63,325 nucleotides of DNA, taken from contig ONBI01000016.1 of assembly GCA_900316035.1 (NCBI GenBank), positions 1 through 63,325 on the forward strand, in the 5' to 3' direction. A program made the position numbers and the translations under genes. This document shows, one piece after another, positions 62,544-63,325 of this stretch. A model generated the notes under the pieces. It saw only the letters and a list, made by a program, of their open reading frames with translations, had not been told where the DNA came from and made no database searches. The DNA comes from an uncultured Eubacteriales bacterium (GTDB lineage Bacteria; Bacillota_I; Bacilli_A; RFN20; CAG-288). How positions within the stretch are numbered: the stretch's first letter is position 1; the number at the start of each line of letters is the position of its first letter.

Positions 62544-63325
62544 ATGCGTACAAAAATCTGTTTCTTTCCGTTTGTTCTTCTGAGTTTTCTTCCTTCCTGC
62601 TCTCCGGTAAAGGAAGAAAGAGTTCTTTATACTTCCTTTGCTCCGATTGCCGAATTTGCGGAAGATATTGCCGGCTCCCATTATGAAGTAAAATGCTTAA
62701 CCCCTAAGGGAGGAGAACCGCATGACTATGAAATCACCCCGAGACAGCTTCAGGGGGTCGAAAGCTCTACCCTTCTTTTTGTCAATGGCCTAGGGATAGA
62801 ATCCTATCTTTCTTCTCTTCCTGAGAGCATCTCTAAGAAGACGGTCGTTCTCTCGGATGGTTTGAAAACCCGTAAAGTCGATGGTGTCGAGGATCCCCAT
62901 ATCTGGCTCTCTCCCCGTCTTGCCTATCAGGAATGTGAGACGATTGCCAATAAACTGATCGAAGTCGATCCAGATAACAAGGCAGATTATGAAAGCAACC
63001 TTGCTTCCCTGAAAACTAAGTTCGATACCTTAGATACTTCTTATAAAGAAGCAACGGCGACTTTCACTCAGAAATATGTCCTGGTTGCCCATGCCGCCTT
63101 CGGTTACCTCTGTGATGATTATGGACTTACTCAGCTTTATGTCTCCGGTCTTTCTCCGGAAGCCGAACCGAGTGCCAAACAGCTTCAGACCTTATTAGAA
63201 GATGTGAAGAAATATTCTTTGACCACTATCTTCTATGAAGAGAATGTCTCTGGCGATGTCTCAAAGAAAATCGCGGACGCTACGGACTTAAAGACGGAAA
63301 CTCTTGCTACTATGGAAAGCGACGA
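62544..63325 (+). CDS. metal (zinc/manganese) ABC transporter substrate-binding lipoprotein, ZnuA/TroA family, 3' end beyond window
   Basis: Lipobox LSFLPSC, then GGEPHDYEITPRQL, EDPHIWLSP and AHAAFGYL motifs. The frame is open to the window edge. Confidence 0.85.
   Translation, partial: MRTKICFFPFVLLSFLPSCSPVKEERVLYTSFAPIAEFAEDIAGSHYEVKCLTPKGGEPHDYEITPRQLQGVESSTLLFVNGLGIESYLSSLPESISKKTVVLSDGLKTRKVDGVEDPHIWLSPRLAYQECETIANKLIEVDPDNKADYESNLASLKTKFDTLDTSYKEATATFTQKYVLVAHAAFGYLCDDYGLTQLYVSGLSPEAEPSAKQLQTLLEDVKKYSLTTIFYEENVSGDVSKKIADATDLKTETLATMESD

Overview
This is a 63.3-kb chromosomal segment that uses the standard genetic code; TGA acts as a stop, for example in the ATGA overlap at 7457-7460. 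It has AGGAGG-type ribosome-binding sites, hairpin plus U-run terminators, and many lipoproteins with Ser-rich linkers. By eye it looks like a moderately low-GC, lipoprotein-rich Bacillota-type genome, possibly Erysipelotrichia or Mollicutes-related, but that taxon is only a guess.

Core content:
- A spermidine operon (carboxynorspermidine dehydrogenase and decarboxylase) fused to asd and aspartate kinase.
- A PyrR-attenuated pyrimidine operon, pyrR-pyrC-carA-carB-pyrK-pyrD-pyrF-pyrE-pyrB. Here carA appears disrupted and pyrB carries a PyrI-like zinc domain.
- ldh, an Fe-dependent alcohol dehydrogenase, a divergent pectinesterase / pectate lyase lipoprotein pair, two MATE pumps, a ZIP transporter, a Fur-family repressor with a ZnuA-like zinc uptake gene, two GGDEF proteins, DegV, a nitroreductase, and a GPH symporter.
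- An ABC / LytTR / membrane-protein operon.

Accessory content:
- Two AlbA_2/HATPase_c_4 genes, one frameshifted in a G7 tract.
- Two AAA-DUF4143 ATPase paralogs and a Fic gene stump.
- A visibly AT-richer islet encoding a secreted cysteine peptidase and a lipoprotein.
- Several gene remnants.

The most interesting signal is a family of 27-40 nt palindromic elements that bracket the AlbA_2 and AAA-DUF4143 genes like cassette borders, inside an islet wedged between the ldh terminator and the pyr promoter. No rRNA gene, tRNA gene, CRISPR array, integrase or transposase was recognised. All protein family calls come from motif recognition by eye, not from database searches.
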